IMG/VR virus record: IMGVR_UViG_3300027782_000047
Location: 1-64,000 of that record
DNA: 64,000 bases
Source of the DNA: a virus
Reading direction: 5' to 3' (one strand)
Below, piece by piece: positions 25,167 to 35,188 of the stretch. The translations under genes and the position numbers were made by a program. The notes under the pieces were generated by a model. The model had not been told where the DNA came from, did not search any database, and worked only from the letters and a program-made list of their open reading frames with translations. Numbering within the stretch: position 1 is the first letter of the stretch; each line of letters begins with the position of its first letter.

Positions 25167-27312
25167 ATATTGATCTTACGCCTGCGGCTGCTTGAAAGAA
25201 CAATTCTAAGGCATCAATATTTGTAGCAGCCGCAACTGTTTGTGGTGCCGCACTTGATCCGCTATTATTGATTGTTTGTGGCGCACTAAATGCAATAACA
25301 GGAGGCTGTGAAGACGATTCTCTCATTGCGGAAGCCATTGCTGTACTTGCTTGTTCCAATGCACTACCAGGTAATGCTGGTTGTATTTGCGCTGTTGAAA
25401 TAGATGCTTTATTATCTCCTACTCCAGCATAATAAGATTTTCCCGTGTAAGGATTAGCAATAGATGCGAATTCTTGTGATAGCGCATATTGTTGTTTTAT
25501 AGGATCTAATCCGCCTTGCTTCAATCTTTTATCAATCAATGTTTGAGCCAATTTATCTTGTGCAGTTTTATCAAACACATCATTCAAAGTAAGTCCAGTA
25601 TTTCCATATGCGCCACTCATTAAACCAGCAAGTGTCTTTGGAATTATTTGATATCTTCCTGCGGCAAAAAGTTTTCTTTCACCTTGCAATTGCATAACTT
25701 CACCAATTTTCATGTTAGATAGACCGGGCATTCCTTCTGGTGTATCTCCCGCCTTTCCTTTATTGGCGGCATCATAACCCATTTTTCCGGCTTCACCGCC
25801 GGCAATAATATCCAATAGATTTGCTTTAGATGGAGAACTGCTTGAATTGCCACTTGCTTGTGCCGCATCTGCCATCATACTTAATCTCACTTGTTCATCA
25901 CTCTTAACTGGAGTTGGAGATTTTGATTCAGTAACATCTTCTCTCATTACTTCATCATAAAGACCACCTTCGCCAAAAATAAGTTGATATATTTCAACTA
26001 AATCTTTTATAGCCCATATTGCACCACCCACGGCAAATATTAGACTAAGACCGAAAGTCATCGGTGCGGCTGCAATCGATGTTCCTATTGCAACTATTCT
26101 TAGCATAGCCGCTTCACCAACTCTCTTTAATAATTTTGATTTGAATACATTCATCAATTTTGGGTTGTTGGCAAGTTTTGTGAAAAATGATTTAACCTTT
26201 TCATACATGGTTTTATTTTTTACCATTTCTCTTTTTTCACCAACGCTTCCAAAAGATGTTAATGGTTTACCTTCAGGAATTTTTGTCATAGGAGAAGGTG
26301 CTGTTGGCACAGGCGCTTTATACATTCCTGCAATTCCCTTAGCACCACGATATGCGACAGCCGCGGCGGCTGCGCCTGTAACTGCTGTTGCTCCTACTTT
26401 GTTGCCAATATCAATACCTCCTGCTCTAGGAGCATCTGGATCAACATTACTTCCAGAAGGATTTGGAACCCCAGCATTTTTTAATTGTTCATTAATAAAT
26501 GCTCCTATTTCATCTTTGAAGTAATATGCTAAACCTAAAAGTCCGGCTGCGCCACCCATCATCAATAAGTTTTTTCCTTTTGGACTTGGTGGTTTAATAC
26601 CTCCAGAAGGACCACCGCCACCTCCTCCGAGCAAACCTTTTCCTAGCAAAGCGCCTTTCAATACATTACCTAAAGTTTCAAGGGCTGATCTAATTACTGC
26701 ACCAAGTTCCGTTACCAGTTTTGTTCCTAGTGTCAGTATTGCTACAGATATTGCTCCGACAGCCTTTACCAACGTGGACAATAATCCGCCACTGTCTTCT
26801 TTCTTTGGGACAGCACTTATTGCAACAGGAGAAACGCTTTTACTACCACCACTTTTTCCAAATTGACTTTCATATGCAGATTCTCTTGCGGCGGCATCTT
26901 TGAAGAACATATCTGCTCCTCTTGATGCTTTTCCACCACTTATCGTTACCAGCTTCATAATGTTTTGGCGCATAACATTCATATCTCTGGCCATTGCATT
27001 ACTATTCATTGTATTTTTTGCAATGATAGAAAGTTGTGCTTCTTGATTTTTGCTGGAAATAATTAGCGCATTTAATGCCTGTGATTGCATTCCGCTATCA
27101 CCAAGCAATTTGCCGGAAGATGATTTATTTAATGCGGAATATCCTTTACCGAATATTTTTTGACCAATAGCAGAAGTTATGCCTGAGCCGCCAAATAGAA
27201 TGTTTCTCGGATCAAGACGTTCCTTTGACCGCTTAAACATGGTAGAACCTAAAGAAGATAAAACTCCTTTGCTTTTTAGTTCTTGTTTATAAACATCCGT
27301 AAAAGTTGCCAT
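25165..27312 (-). CDS. tape-measure/baseplate-hub (gp29-like) protein with C-terminal lysozyme-like domain
   Basis: 715 aa Ala/Gly-rich helical protein with hydrophobic segments; LLDIIAGGE...AAGRYQIIPKTL...QDKLA...QEFASI muramidase motifs; downstream of gp26/gp51. Confidence 0.7.
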   Translation of the reverse strand: MATFTDVYKQELKSKGVLSSLGSTMFKRSKERLDPRNILFGGSGITSAIGQKIFGKGYSALNKSSSGKLLGDSGMQSQALNALIISSKNQEAQLSIIAKNTMNSNAMARDMNVMRQNIMKLVTISGGKASRGADMFFKDAAARESAYESQFGKSGGSKSVSPVAISAVPKKEDSGGLLSTLVKAVGAISVAILTLGTKLVTELGAVIRSALETLGNVLKGALLGKGLLGGGGGGPSGGIKPPSPKGKNLLMMGGAAGLLGLAYYFKDEIGAFINEQLKNAGVPNPSGSNVDPDAPRAGGIDIGNKVGATAVTGAAAAAVAYRGAKGIAGMYKAPVPTAPSPMTKIPEGKPLTSFGSVGEKREMVKNKTMYEKVKSFFTKLANNPKLMNVFKSKLLKRVGEAAMLRIVAIGTSIAAAPMTFGLSLIFAVGGAIWAIKDLVEIYQLIFGEGGLYDEVMREDVTESKSPTPVKSDEQVRLSMMADAAQASGNSSSSPSKANLLDIIAGGEAGKMGYDAANKGKAGDTPEGMPGLSNMKIGEVMQLQGERKLFAAGRYQIIPKTLAGLMSGAYGNTGLTLNDVFDKTAQDKLAQTLIDKRLKQGGLDPIKQQYALSQEFASIANPYTGKSYYAGVGDNKASISTAQIQPALPGSALEQASTAMASAMRESSSQPPVIAFSAPQTINNSGSSAAPQTVAAATNIDALELFFQAAAGVRSI

Positions 27313-27315
27313 TTT

Positions 27316-27510
27316 TTATCTTTTCTTATTCTGCATTTGCTGTTTTATTTTTTCATTTTCTTCTTCAATGTATCGCATCAACATAGTAACATATAAACTC
27401 TTTTCCCAAGGCATCAAAGATTCTATGTCACTTAAGGAATATTTATGATGTTGCATCAAAGCAAAGTTTGTCTGGTAATGATTGGATAGACTATCATGCC
27501 TAAATGTCAC
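27316..27510 (-). CDS. gp51: gp51-like baseplate hub assembly catalyst (probably the -1 frame extension of gp26)
   Basis: NFALMQHHKYSLSDIESLMPWE. Confidence 0.8.
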   Translation of the reverse strand: MTFRHDSLSNHYQTNFALMQHHKYSLSDIESLMPWEKSLYVTMLMRYIEEENEKIKQQMQNKKR

Positions 27511-28238
27511 ACGAAAAAACTTTGTACTCCCTCCAACACCACTTCTTCCTGATACTCACACTTATTGCATTTGAAGTTGAGTGTCTTTTTCATTTTAGGA
27601 ATAGTTTCAAAGAAATCTTGTATTTTTTGGAATTGGTCTCTAGTCAAACTATCCACAAAATCTATTAATTCTGTTTCGGAAACATCTTTAGCATAATATA
27701 AAGTTTCTTCATCGTAGATGTAATCTATACAGTTGGTGACCATTTTTTGTATGGCTTCTGTTTCAGACTGCGTATCCATTTTTTCCATGGTTTTGAAATC
27801 TGGATATTTCATAACAACACCAAGTTTTGAAGTTAGTTGAATTTTTTGTGAATGATTTTCATTCTCTTCCGGTTCAACTTCTAGTGCATTGAAACTCAAT
27901 TTAATGATGTTGTTGCACTTCTTTTCGTTTCCTTCATTATCTTTAACATCGTTATTGCATTTGTATTGCAAATCAATTATCTCACCAATAGACCTTGCTC
28001 TCAATTGCAAGAACATATATTCCAAGTCTAGTATGGGCAAATCATCAACGTTGATATTTTCCACACAGCAGTTTGTCACAATCTGCTTAATCGCTAAAAG
28101 AATGGATTTTTCATCCTCAGATTCCATAGCCATCAAAAGAATTTTTTCTTCTTTAACTAAGAATGGTCTAATCTTTACTTTCTTTTTTAATAATGGCAAA
28201 GTAATTTCATATAAAGGCACATCAATTTTAGGTAACAT
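27507..28238 (-). CDS. gp26: gp26-like baseplate hub subunit / assembly chaperone
   Basis: MLPKIDVPLY, RPFLVKEEKILL, LRARSIGE, C..C, GVQSFF end. Confidence 0.88.
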   Translation of the reverse strand: MLPKIDVPLYEITLPLLKKKVKIRPFLVKEEKILLMAMESEDEKSILLAIKQIVTNCCVENINVDDLPILDLEYMFLQLRARSIGEIIDLQYKCNNDVKDNEGNEKKCNNIIKLSFNALEVEPEENENHSQKIQLTSKLGVVMKYPDFKTMEKMDTQSETEAIQKMVTNCIDYIYDEETLYYAKDVSETELIDFVDSLTRDQFQKIQDFFETIPKMKKTLNFKCNKCEYQEEVVLEGVQSFFV

Positions 28239-28253
28239 ATAATCTCCAAATAA

Positions 28254-29024
28254 TTAAAATATTCTTCTCACAGCTTCGGCCGTTCCTCTAATTTGTGATT
28301 GTAGGATTTGAGAGACTGGTACTCCTGCAACAGAAGAACCAAGAAGTGCGGCTGCGGTTGCACCAAGGTCATAGTCGCCTTCATAAATTGTTTTAAATTT
28401 TTGATAAGCAAAATTGACAGTCAATCTATGAAAGCCGTCATCTGACCAAGCTAATGGTTGCGCTGAGATTCCAATGGGAAAAGCATCAAATAATTCTACT
28501 GCATAAATCTGTTTGATAAAGTCATCGTACTGAACAATCTTAATGTTTGTCATGTAGTATGTTTCTTTGCCCTTAGGAAATCTAGCATTGTTTGTGTCGT
28601 TAGGTACGATTGCTTCTAGCCAACGGTCAAATAGCTTTCTCTCATAGAATTCGTTTGTGCAAATCCAAGTCAATTGTATTCCGTCATCATATTGTGCTTT
28701 ATATGGAACTTTGAAACTTGGACCATAAATTTCAACGTCATTGGTGTTTAATGTTTTTCCAGGCAATGACGCACTTTCACATTGAAGTGCTAGATATCTG
28801 GAAATAGATGAATTGTATGATTGAGTTTGTTCACCGCCAAGCACTCTTGCGGTAACATCAGAGAAAATTGAGTTTGGCAGATTTAAGATTTGCTCAAGCA
28901 AACCATTCTCAACAAACTTGCCAATGTATTGTGGTATCGGTAATATAACTTGAAAACGACTTGGACGGGCTAAGCCTTCTTTAGCTTTTATGTTAGCTAA
29001 AAATAATTGGGGTAAAAATGACAT
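28254..29024 (-). CDS. tail tube initiator (gp54/gp19-like)
   Basis: GLARPSRFQV, CESASLPGK, ERKLFDRW, DAFPI, LTVNFAY. Confidence 0.75.
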   Translation of the reverse strand: MSFLPQLFLANIKAKEGLARPSRFQVILPIPQYIGKFVENGLLEQILNLPNSIFSDVTARVLGGEQTQSYNSSISRYLALQCESASLPGKTLNTNDVEIYGPSFKVPYKAQYDDGIQLTWICTNEFYERKLFDRWLEAIVPNDTNNARFPKGKETYYMTNIKIVQYDDFIKQIYAVELFDAFPIGISAQPLAWSDDGFHRLTVNFAYQKFKTIYEGDYDLGATAAALLGSSVAGVPVSQILQSQIRGTAEAVRRIF

Positions 29025-29602
29025 TAGAATTTTTTCCTAGAATCGGCCCAGACTTTGTGTTTTGTTGCCTTTTCAAATTGTTCAACCGGCAATAGGGCGG
29101 CAATGTCCCATTCATCAGCTGGAATTTCAACAAATCTAGATTGCACATGAGAACCTAGATATCGCTTAATACAAGGTGTTGCTTCATACGCTTTTGAGAA
29201 TGCCGCCAGCATTTGATAGTTTAATCTTAGCTTAGTTTGTGCATCAAAGCGATTATCGGTGGCATGTTCGCTCAATTTATCCAAAAGAATGATACGTTGC
29301 TTTGGGTGAATGTAATGTAAATTCAGCCCTAGAAAACCGTCTGGGTATAGTTGTATTGGTAGAACCAATGGGAACTTGTCGTAATATGGCAACTTATCCT
29401 TCGTTTTTGGGTCATAATAAAAATAGTACATGTGACCGATAAAATGTGAAGTTGTCTGTCTCTCACGGTCCTGCATTAATTTTTGGGGCGTTGGTTTTAA
29501 ATCGCCAATCTTTGAACGCAACCAATCACGGGCTTGTCTGCTACGAGCCGTATAACCAGTCTTTTGCAACTGCTGATTGATTCTATCCATTAAGTAAGCC
29601 AT
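29024..29602 (-). CDS. gp2: DNA end protector gp2
   Basis: YYDPKTKDKLPYYDKFPLV, GFLGLNLHY, CIKRYL. Confidence 0.92.
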   Translation of the reverse strand: MAYLMDRINQQLQKTGYTARSRQARDWLRSKIGDLKPTPQKLMQDRERQTTSHFIGHMYYFYYDPKTKDKLPYYDKFPLVLPIQLYPDGFLGLNLHYIHPKQRIILLDKLSEHATDNRFDAQTKLRLNYQMLAAFSKAYEATPCIKRYLGSHVQSRFVEIPADEWDIAALLPVEQFEKATKHKVWADSRKKF

Positions 29603-29620
29603 AATTGTATTTATTACGAA

Positions 29621-30067
29621 TTAAATGCCTAAATCTTTTTCCGTAATTATTTTGAACTCCCAGCCGTGTGTGTGACAGAACTCATCGGCTGCTTTCCACT
29701 TCATTTGATTGACAACATAAGTAATGGATTCTTTTATGTACTGCTTTGTCTTACGCTTTTGTGTTGGTTTTTTGGTCTGTGCTTCTGGTTTCACCTCAAC
29801 TACATAAGTCATAATGGTATCATCTTTTCGTTTGACTTTGATGATGAAATCTGGAAAGTAACGATGCATTCGCTTGTCAACTGGACTGTAGTAAGGAATA
29901 GCCAATTCTTCCGATGACCACCAGATGATGTTCGGATTATCGTCAAACCACTTCATACAACGCAATTCCCAAGATGACCTATAGATTATGTTATCTGGAT
30001 TGCCGTTATATTTTTGGGGGTTTTGTGGGGTAAACTTACCTTTGTAAGAATTAGTTCCATAAGACAT
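29621..30067 (-). CDS. gp4: head completion nuclease gp4
   Basis: YKGKF.P.NP.KY, YRSSWE, RYFPDF, EVKP, KWKAA. Confidence 0.92.
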   Translation of the reverse strand: MSYGTNSYKGKFTPQNPQKYNGNPDNIIYRSSWELRCMKWFDDNPNIIWWSSEELAIPYYSPVDKRMHRYFPDFIIKVKRKDDTIMTYVVEVKPEAQTKKPTQKRKTKQYIKESITYVVNQMKWKAADEFCHTHGWEFKIITEKDLGI

Positions 30068-30074
30068 ATAAATA
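30067..30074 (+). promoter_or_regulatory. T4-type late promoter
   Basis: Exact TATAAATA upstream of the gp48 structural operon. Confidence 0.8.
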
Positions 30075-30097
30075 TGTAGTAAAACTTCAGGATCAAC

Positions 30098-31372
30098 ATG
30101 GCACTTTTCACCTTATCCGACATAACTTATAAAGAGCAAGCCGCTAGAACAATCGGACCTTTGCCTAGAGAAGCATTTGGTCAAAATATATTGAGATATC
30201 CTATTGATATTGGATCGGTAGATAAAGGGCATTATATGGTTATTCATATCAATGTTCAGGATAAAACTGAGTATCCAGCAAATTTTGCTAGTGATCCTCG
30301 TTCAAATATACAACGCAATAGAGAAGGTCTTTTTGGCCAAACAAATTCAACGAATGCTGGTGGTACACTTAATTCTGTTGTTGGTGCAGTAAAAACAATT
30401 GGAGAAGAAGCCGGCAAACTCGTACAAGATGCGTTGGGTGGTGAAGTGGCCAATAAAGTAAATGTTGTTACGACTGCTGCCAACGAAACATTGACTTTTG
30501 TACAACGAGGTCTTTCTTCATTTGGTGTTAATGTTTCGGATGGTGTTAACATTCTTAAAGGCGCAACTCAAGGCGCCGGCGAAAGTTTGGGCTCTCTAAA
30601 TGCGGTTAATTTTTTGAGAACAACAAAAAGGACTACCGATAGTATCGCATTGTATATGCCGAATACTTTAAATTTTACTCACACTCAAGGATATTCTGAT
30701 TTAGATTTGGGTTCAGAAACGGCAGCTTTGTTAGGAGCTGTTGGAAAAGTTGGCTTAGAGGGCGGTGTAGATCCAACACAGAAAGGAAGAAATTTATCTC
30801 CTTTCGTTCTGCAAAAACTTGCATCAGGACTTTTAGCTAATAGATTAATAGATTCACCAAAAGCGGCTACAGCCGCATTTGTTGGTGCTACAGGACTAAC
30901 GCAAAATCCACAATTAGAATTAATTTATACAACTCCAAGTTTTAGAGATTTTAGATTTTCTTTTATGTTTTATCCAAGAAGTGAGCAAGAAGCACTTGAG
31001 ATACAAAAATTAATTAAACGATTAAAATTTCATCAAGCCCCGGAAGTTAAAACGGGAACTGCTGGTTATTTTTTGGTTCCGCCATCAGAATTTGACATTG
31101 AATTTTATTACAACGGCCAAATCAATCCAAATATACCAACAATTTCAACTTGCGTTTTAATGTCAATAGATATGGATTATGCACCAAATGGATTTCATAC
31201 TTTTGAAACACCAGGAGACAACTCTCCTCAACTCGGTGCCACTGGTATGCCAACAGCAATTAGAATGGATTTAACATTCAAAGAAACTGAAATTATGACA
31301 AAATTTAATTTTCAAGACGAAGCTGGCTTAATCACAAAACAAAGACAATTTGAAAAAGATAGATCCTTCTAA
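30098..31372 (+). CDS. gp48: baseplate tail tube cap gp48-like
   Basis: LRYPIDI, IALYMP, NPQLELIY, FRDFRFSFMFYPRS..E, LTFKETE. Confidence 0.85.
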   Translation: MALFTLSDITYKEQAARTIGPLPREAFGQNILRYPIDIGSVDKGHYMVIHINVQDKTEYPANFASDPRSNIQRNREGLFGQTNSTNAGGTLNSVVGAVKTIGEEAGKLVQDALGGEVANKVNVVTTAANETLTFVQRGLSSFGVNVSDGVNILKGATQGAGESLGSLNAVNFLRTTKRTTDSIALYMPNTLNFTHTQGYSDLDLGSETAALLGAVGKVGLEGGVDPTQKGRNLSPFVLQKLASGLLANRLIDSPKAATAAFVGATGLTQNPQLELIYTTPSFRDFRFSFMFYPRSEQEALEIQKLIKRLKFHQAPEVKTGTAGYFLVPPSEFDIEFYYNGQINPNIPTISTCVLMSIDMDYAPNGFHTFETPGDNSPQLGATGMPTAIRMDLTFKETEIMTKFNFQDEAGLITKQRQFEKDRSF

Positions 31373-32359
31373 ATGGCAAAATACTTTAGATACTTTCCCA
31401 AAACCGTCTATAATTTAGAGGGTTCAAATTCTCTTGACACAGTTACAAATTTAACTGCTAGTTTTTCGTTTGATGAAAGTCTTACGGAAAATTCTATCGC
31501 ATACTATCAGTACACCGTACCTGATGGCGAAACACCAGAAATTGTAGCCAATAAATTTTATGGTGGACCAGAAAAACACTGGATCATTTTGAAGATGAAT
31601 AACATTTTTGATGTTAAGACAGATTGGCCAGTTGAACAAAGAGTTTTGGATGAAGTTGTTCGGTCAAAATATGCAGACAGTTGGATAACAGAAACTTTTG
31701 AAATGGCTGATGAAGAAGGCAATCTTTTTGTTACTGAAGCAATTTCTACAATTACATCATTGAATGTTGTTAACGATGGTTCAGGATATGCTAACGGAAA
31801 CATTATTCAAGTTCAAGGCGGAACAGTATTTGGTACCAAAGCAAATGCAACAGTAACCACCGATGGAAAAGGTAATGTTGTTTCATTGAGTATCGCCACA
31901 GCAAATGTTGGTTCTTATTTAATTCTACCATCTGGTACAGTTGCTACATCAAATATCACTGGAGCAGGCACAGGATTGACAGTTTCCGTCAACGCATCGG
32001 TAACTAATGATGAGCAATTAATTTTTGAAACGGGCAAAGAGAGGGATGGATTACAATGGGCTATAATTAACAATCATTCCTTTTATAAAATTGAGACAAG
32101 ATTATTTCCCGTTACTGGAGAAAAAACGGTAGACAAGATACAAATAACAGAAGAAGACTACAATAATCTTGTGGAAGAAAGTGCAAACTATACTTTATCG
32201 GATGGAAATACTTTAACTATATCAATTACAAAAACCAGAATGTCTTTCTACGATTATGAAGTTGAGCAAAATGACGCTAAAAGAGATATAAAAATTCTTA
32301 AGAGTGAATATGTTGCTGTAGTGGATCAAGAATTTGTTGGGGTAATTAGTAATGTCTGA
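31373..32359 (+). CDS. gp53: baseplate wedge gp53-like with internal insertion
   Basis: YFRYFPK, DGETPEIVANKFYG..HWIIL..N, YDYEVEQNDAKRDIKIL. Confidence 0.85.
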   Translation: MAKYFRYFPKTVYNLEGSNSLDTVTNLTASFSFDESLTENSIAYYQYTVPDGETPEIVANKFYGGPEKHWIILKMNNIFDVKTDWPVEQRVLDEVVRSKYADSWITETFEMADEEGNLFVTEAISTITSLNVVNDGSGYANGNIIQVQGGTVFGTKANATVTTDGKGNVVSLSIATANVGSYLILPSGTVATSNITGAGTGLTVSVNASVTNDEQLIFETGKERDGLQWAIINNHSFYKIETRLFPVTGEKTVDKIQITEEDYNNLVEESANYTLSDGNTLTISITKTRMSFYDYEVEQNDAKRDIKILKSEYVAVVDQEFVGVISNV

Positions 32360-33698
32360 TGTAAGCATTTTACAATCAACACAATATACTGTTAAAAAAG
32401 ATGGTCTATCATTAGTAACCAAAATTGGTATTATTGATTTGACTGGTATGTTTGAAGAATTGAATATCTTTGATAGTATTTTTAATCCATGCATGACAGG
32501 AACTATTTTAATAAGAGATGCAAAAGGACTGTCAAACAAATTATCTTTTGATGGATCAGAAATTCTTTTGATTGAGATGGGGAAAACGGAAAATCAAGCA
32601 ATAATTAAAAAATCATTTAGAGTTTATAAACAAAGTTCCAGAACAACGGTAAATATAAGCACTGAACTTTATGTTCTTCATTTTGTTTCGGACGAATTTA
32701 TTTTATCCCAACAAAAGAAAATATCAAAGTCATATCGTGATACTTATGATAATATTGTTCGTGATATTCTAAAAAATTATTTGTCTGTAAATTCTCAAGG
32801 AGTAGGTCTTATTGAGACAACAAAAGGAGTAAGAACTGTTGTTTTGCCCAGTAAAACTCCTTTTGAATGTTTAGATTGGTGTTCAAAAAAAGCAGTTAAC
32901 GATGATTTATCACCAACATTTTTATTCTTTGAAAACAAGATAGGATATAACTTTATAACTATCTCAAATATGTTAGGACAAAAAGCGATACATGATATAA
33001 ACTATCAACCAAAAAATTTAGCATTGCCAGATACTGAAAAAAATGAAATGCTGGGGGCTAGATATCTTGAAGTTGTCTCTCAATTTGATTTGAATAAAAA
33101 TATCAAGCATGGAGTTTATGCTGGCACTTTTATTGGATTTGATATTATGTCCAGAAAAGTTGCAATAAGAAATGTAAACTTTGATGACGTTTATTCGACC
33201 GGCAAACACGCAAACAAAACTCCAAATATTGGTGTTGTTAAAAATAAAGATGGTATTAAAAATACGGAGATGTTTGATTCAAGAAAAGTTTTTTTTCCAA
33301 CAGGAATTTTTAAAGCAAAGAATGAGTATGTAAAAGAAAATGATGCGAATTCTATTGATGCGGATGATGATACATATAACTATGTGATACAAAGAGAATC
33401 TTCTATTCGCAATTTGATGAATCAAAGATTAAAAATTGTTATGCCAGGAAACTTTGATTTGATTTCTGGCACAAATGTGAACGTAACAGTTCCAACAATT
33501 AGTGAGCAATCTTCGGAAAAAAATCAAGATAACATGGATAAATCAAAAAGTGGTAAATATTTGATTGTGGCCGCAAGACAGATGATTACTTATGACAAAC
33601 ATGAAACTATTCTGGAAGTGGCCACAGATTCTTCAAACCGGGATAGAGTTTATTTGAGTACACAGCAACAAAATGATTTGGCGGATTTTTATGGATAA
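32352..33698 (+). CDS. baseplate hub protein (gp27-like)
   Basis: IFDSIFNPCMTG, FLFFENK.GYNF, MPGNFDL, SGKYLI; position before gp5. Confidence 0.65.
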   Translation: MSDVSILQSTQYTVKKDGLSLVTKIGIIDLTGMFEELNIFDSIFNPCMTGTILIRDAKGLSNKLSFDGSEILLIEMGKTENQAIIKKSFRVYKQSSRTTVNISTELYVLHFVSDEFILSQQKKISKSYRDTYDNIVRDILKNYLSVNSQGVGLIETTKGVRTVVLPSKTPFECLDWCSKKAVNDDLSPTFLFFENKIGYNFITISNMLGQKAIHDINYQPKNLALPDTEKNEMLGARYLEVVSQFDLNKNIKHGVYAGTFIGFDIMSRKVAIRNVNFDDVYSTGKHANKTPNIGVVKNKDGIKNTEMFDSRKVFFPTGIFKAKNEYVKENDANSIDADDDTYNYVIQRESSIRNLMNQRLKIVMPGNFDLISGTNVNVTVPTISEQSSEKNQDNMDKSKSGKYLIVAARQMITYDKHETILEVATDSSNRDRVYLSTQQQNDLADFYG

Positions 33699-33990
33699 TA
33701 ATTTTTCTGGAAAAAATGGTTTCATTTGGTGGGTCGGCATAGTTGAAAACAGACTAGATCCATTGGCAATGGGAAGGTGTCAAGTTAGAATATTAGGTTG
33801 GCATAATACAGATAAAGCGCAACTTCCAACTGAAGGCTTGCCTTGGGCGCATCCAATGTATGCAATCAACACTTCAAAAATGTTTTCTTCTCCCAAATTA
33901 AATGATTGGATTGTTGGATTCTTCTTAGATGGTGAAACTGCACAACAACCAGTGATGATTGGTTTCTTGCCTGGAATGATATCAAAATGA
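33691..33990 (+). CDS. gp5 N-terminal OB-fold as a stand-alone gene
   Basis: WWVGIVENRLDPLAMGRCQVRILGWH...LPWAHP...WIVGFFLDG..AQQPV. Confidence 0.88.
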   Translation: MDNNFSGKNGFIWWVGIVENRLDPLAMGRCQVRILGWHNTDKAQLPTEGLPWAHPMYAINTSKMFSSPKLNDWIVGFFLDGETAQQPVMIGFLPGMISK

Positions 33991-34220
33991 GTCAAAGTTT
34001 AATTGATTTACATATTTTGACAGCGAAGGCAGCCATATCGCATGAGAAATATATTGCTGGAATAATTACGACTGAAGAATTCTTAAAAGAAATAGAATCT
34101 ATAGATTGTCATTGTCATACTGATATTAAACTAGAAGAAGCCCATTCGGAACTTGATTGTTGCTATAGAGACATAATGGATGGAATTCTGCGACTATATC
34201 ACCAAGAGAATAAAAAATGA
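33987..34220 (+). CDS. hypothetical Cys/His-rich acidic protein
   Basis: 77 aa, ATGA-coupled on both sides. Confidence 0.65.
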   Translation: MSQSLIDLHILTAKAAISHEKYIAGIITTEEFLKEIESIDCHCHTDIKLEEAHSELDCCYRDIMDGILRLYHQENKK

Positions 34221-35182
34221 GCGCACAAACATTTAAACCAATCTTAGCAACCACTGTTGAAGAAGCATCGTTATCCAATTACACATTACTGTATAACACA
34301 GGAGATTTTGGAGAAGAAGGCACACCAACAACATCAATTTGGGCTATGGGAAAAATTGCAGGAACAAGCATTGATGTAACAAATAATAAGTTGGTGCATA
34401 GTTGTGATTTCTCAAATGACTTGAAAAAAAATATTGGGTTAAAGAAATTCTTAAAAGGAATTGCAAAATGGATTAGAGAAGGAATTAGATCCATTATGAG
34501 ATTGCTAGGTTTTAGTGATCCATCTGGTTCTTTTTCATCAGTTATCAATATGCTAAAGTCTGTGGCTGAGTATATTAATTATATCAATCGGGAATATATT
34601 CAACCAATTATAGAATTTGAAAAATATGTTCTTGCTGTATTGGTTAAGATCCGAGCAATCATTCAATGGATTCTTAGTTTGCCAAAAAAATATTTAGAAA
34701 TGTTGAGAGACTGTCTAAATAAATTATTATCATCTTTAGGAAGTATTTTTAGTGAAGTATGGACTGAATCTGCACCAACTAGTCCAACATGGACAGTAGG
34801 AACACAAGAATTTGAGGATGGGTCTTCTATACAAACATTTGAAGATGGTTCCCAATTAATTACCGATACTGATGGAAATGTATCTTCAATTGATGCACCA
34901 GAAGATACATATATTTCTCCATCGGATACCGGAAAAAGTTATACAGAATTGGCAGGAGCAATAAAAGACGTTGCCTCAGCGACTAAAGATGCGCTAAAAG
35001 CATCTGCTACCGTTGCAGGTTTAGCCGTAGGAATTGCAGCCTCATCAACAGTTGGTTTATTTGTACCAACCACTCAAGATGAAGTTACCAAAGCTAATGC
35101 GACAATCACATCATACACTGGCTCTGTGCCACCTGGATTACAAGTTCCAACTGCACCAAGTCAAAAATCAAAAACACCTTAA
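34217..35182 (+). CDS. gp5-region structural protein
   Basis: 321 aa; GTPTTS motif, amphipathic helices, FEDGS repeats. Confidence 0.75.
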   Translation: MSAQTFKPILATTVEEASLSNYTLLYNTGDFGEEGTPTTSIWAMGKIAGTSIDVTNNKLVHSCDFSNDLKKNIGLKKFLKGIAKWIREGIRSIMRLLGFSDPSGSFSSVINMLKSVAEYINYINREYIQPIIEFEKYVLAVLVKIRAIIQWILSLPKKYLEMLRDCLNKLLSSLGSIFSEVWTESAPTSPTWTVGTQEFEDGSSIQTFEDGSQLITDTDGNVSSIDAPEDTYISPSDTGKSYTELAGAIKDVASATKDALKASATVAGLAVGIAASSTVGLFVPTTQDEVTKANATITSYTGSVPPGLQVPTAPSQKSKTP

Positions 35183-35188
35183 AAAATT

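Noticed and set aside
33987-34220. Intron or homing endonuclease interrupting gp5
   Set aside because: No HNH/GIY-YIG/LAGLIDADG motifs or group I core were seen, and the junctions are translationally coupled overlaps.
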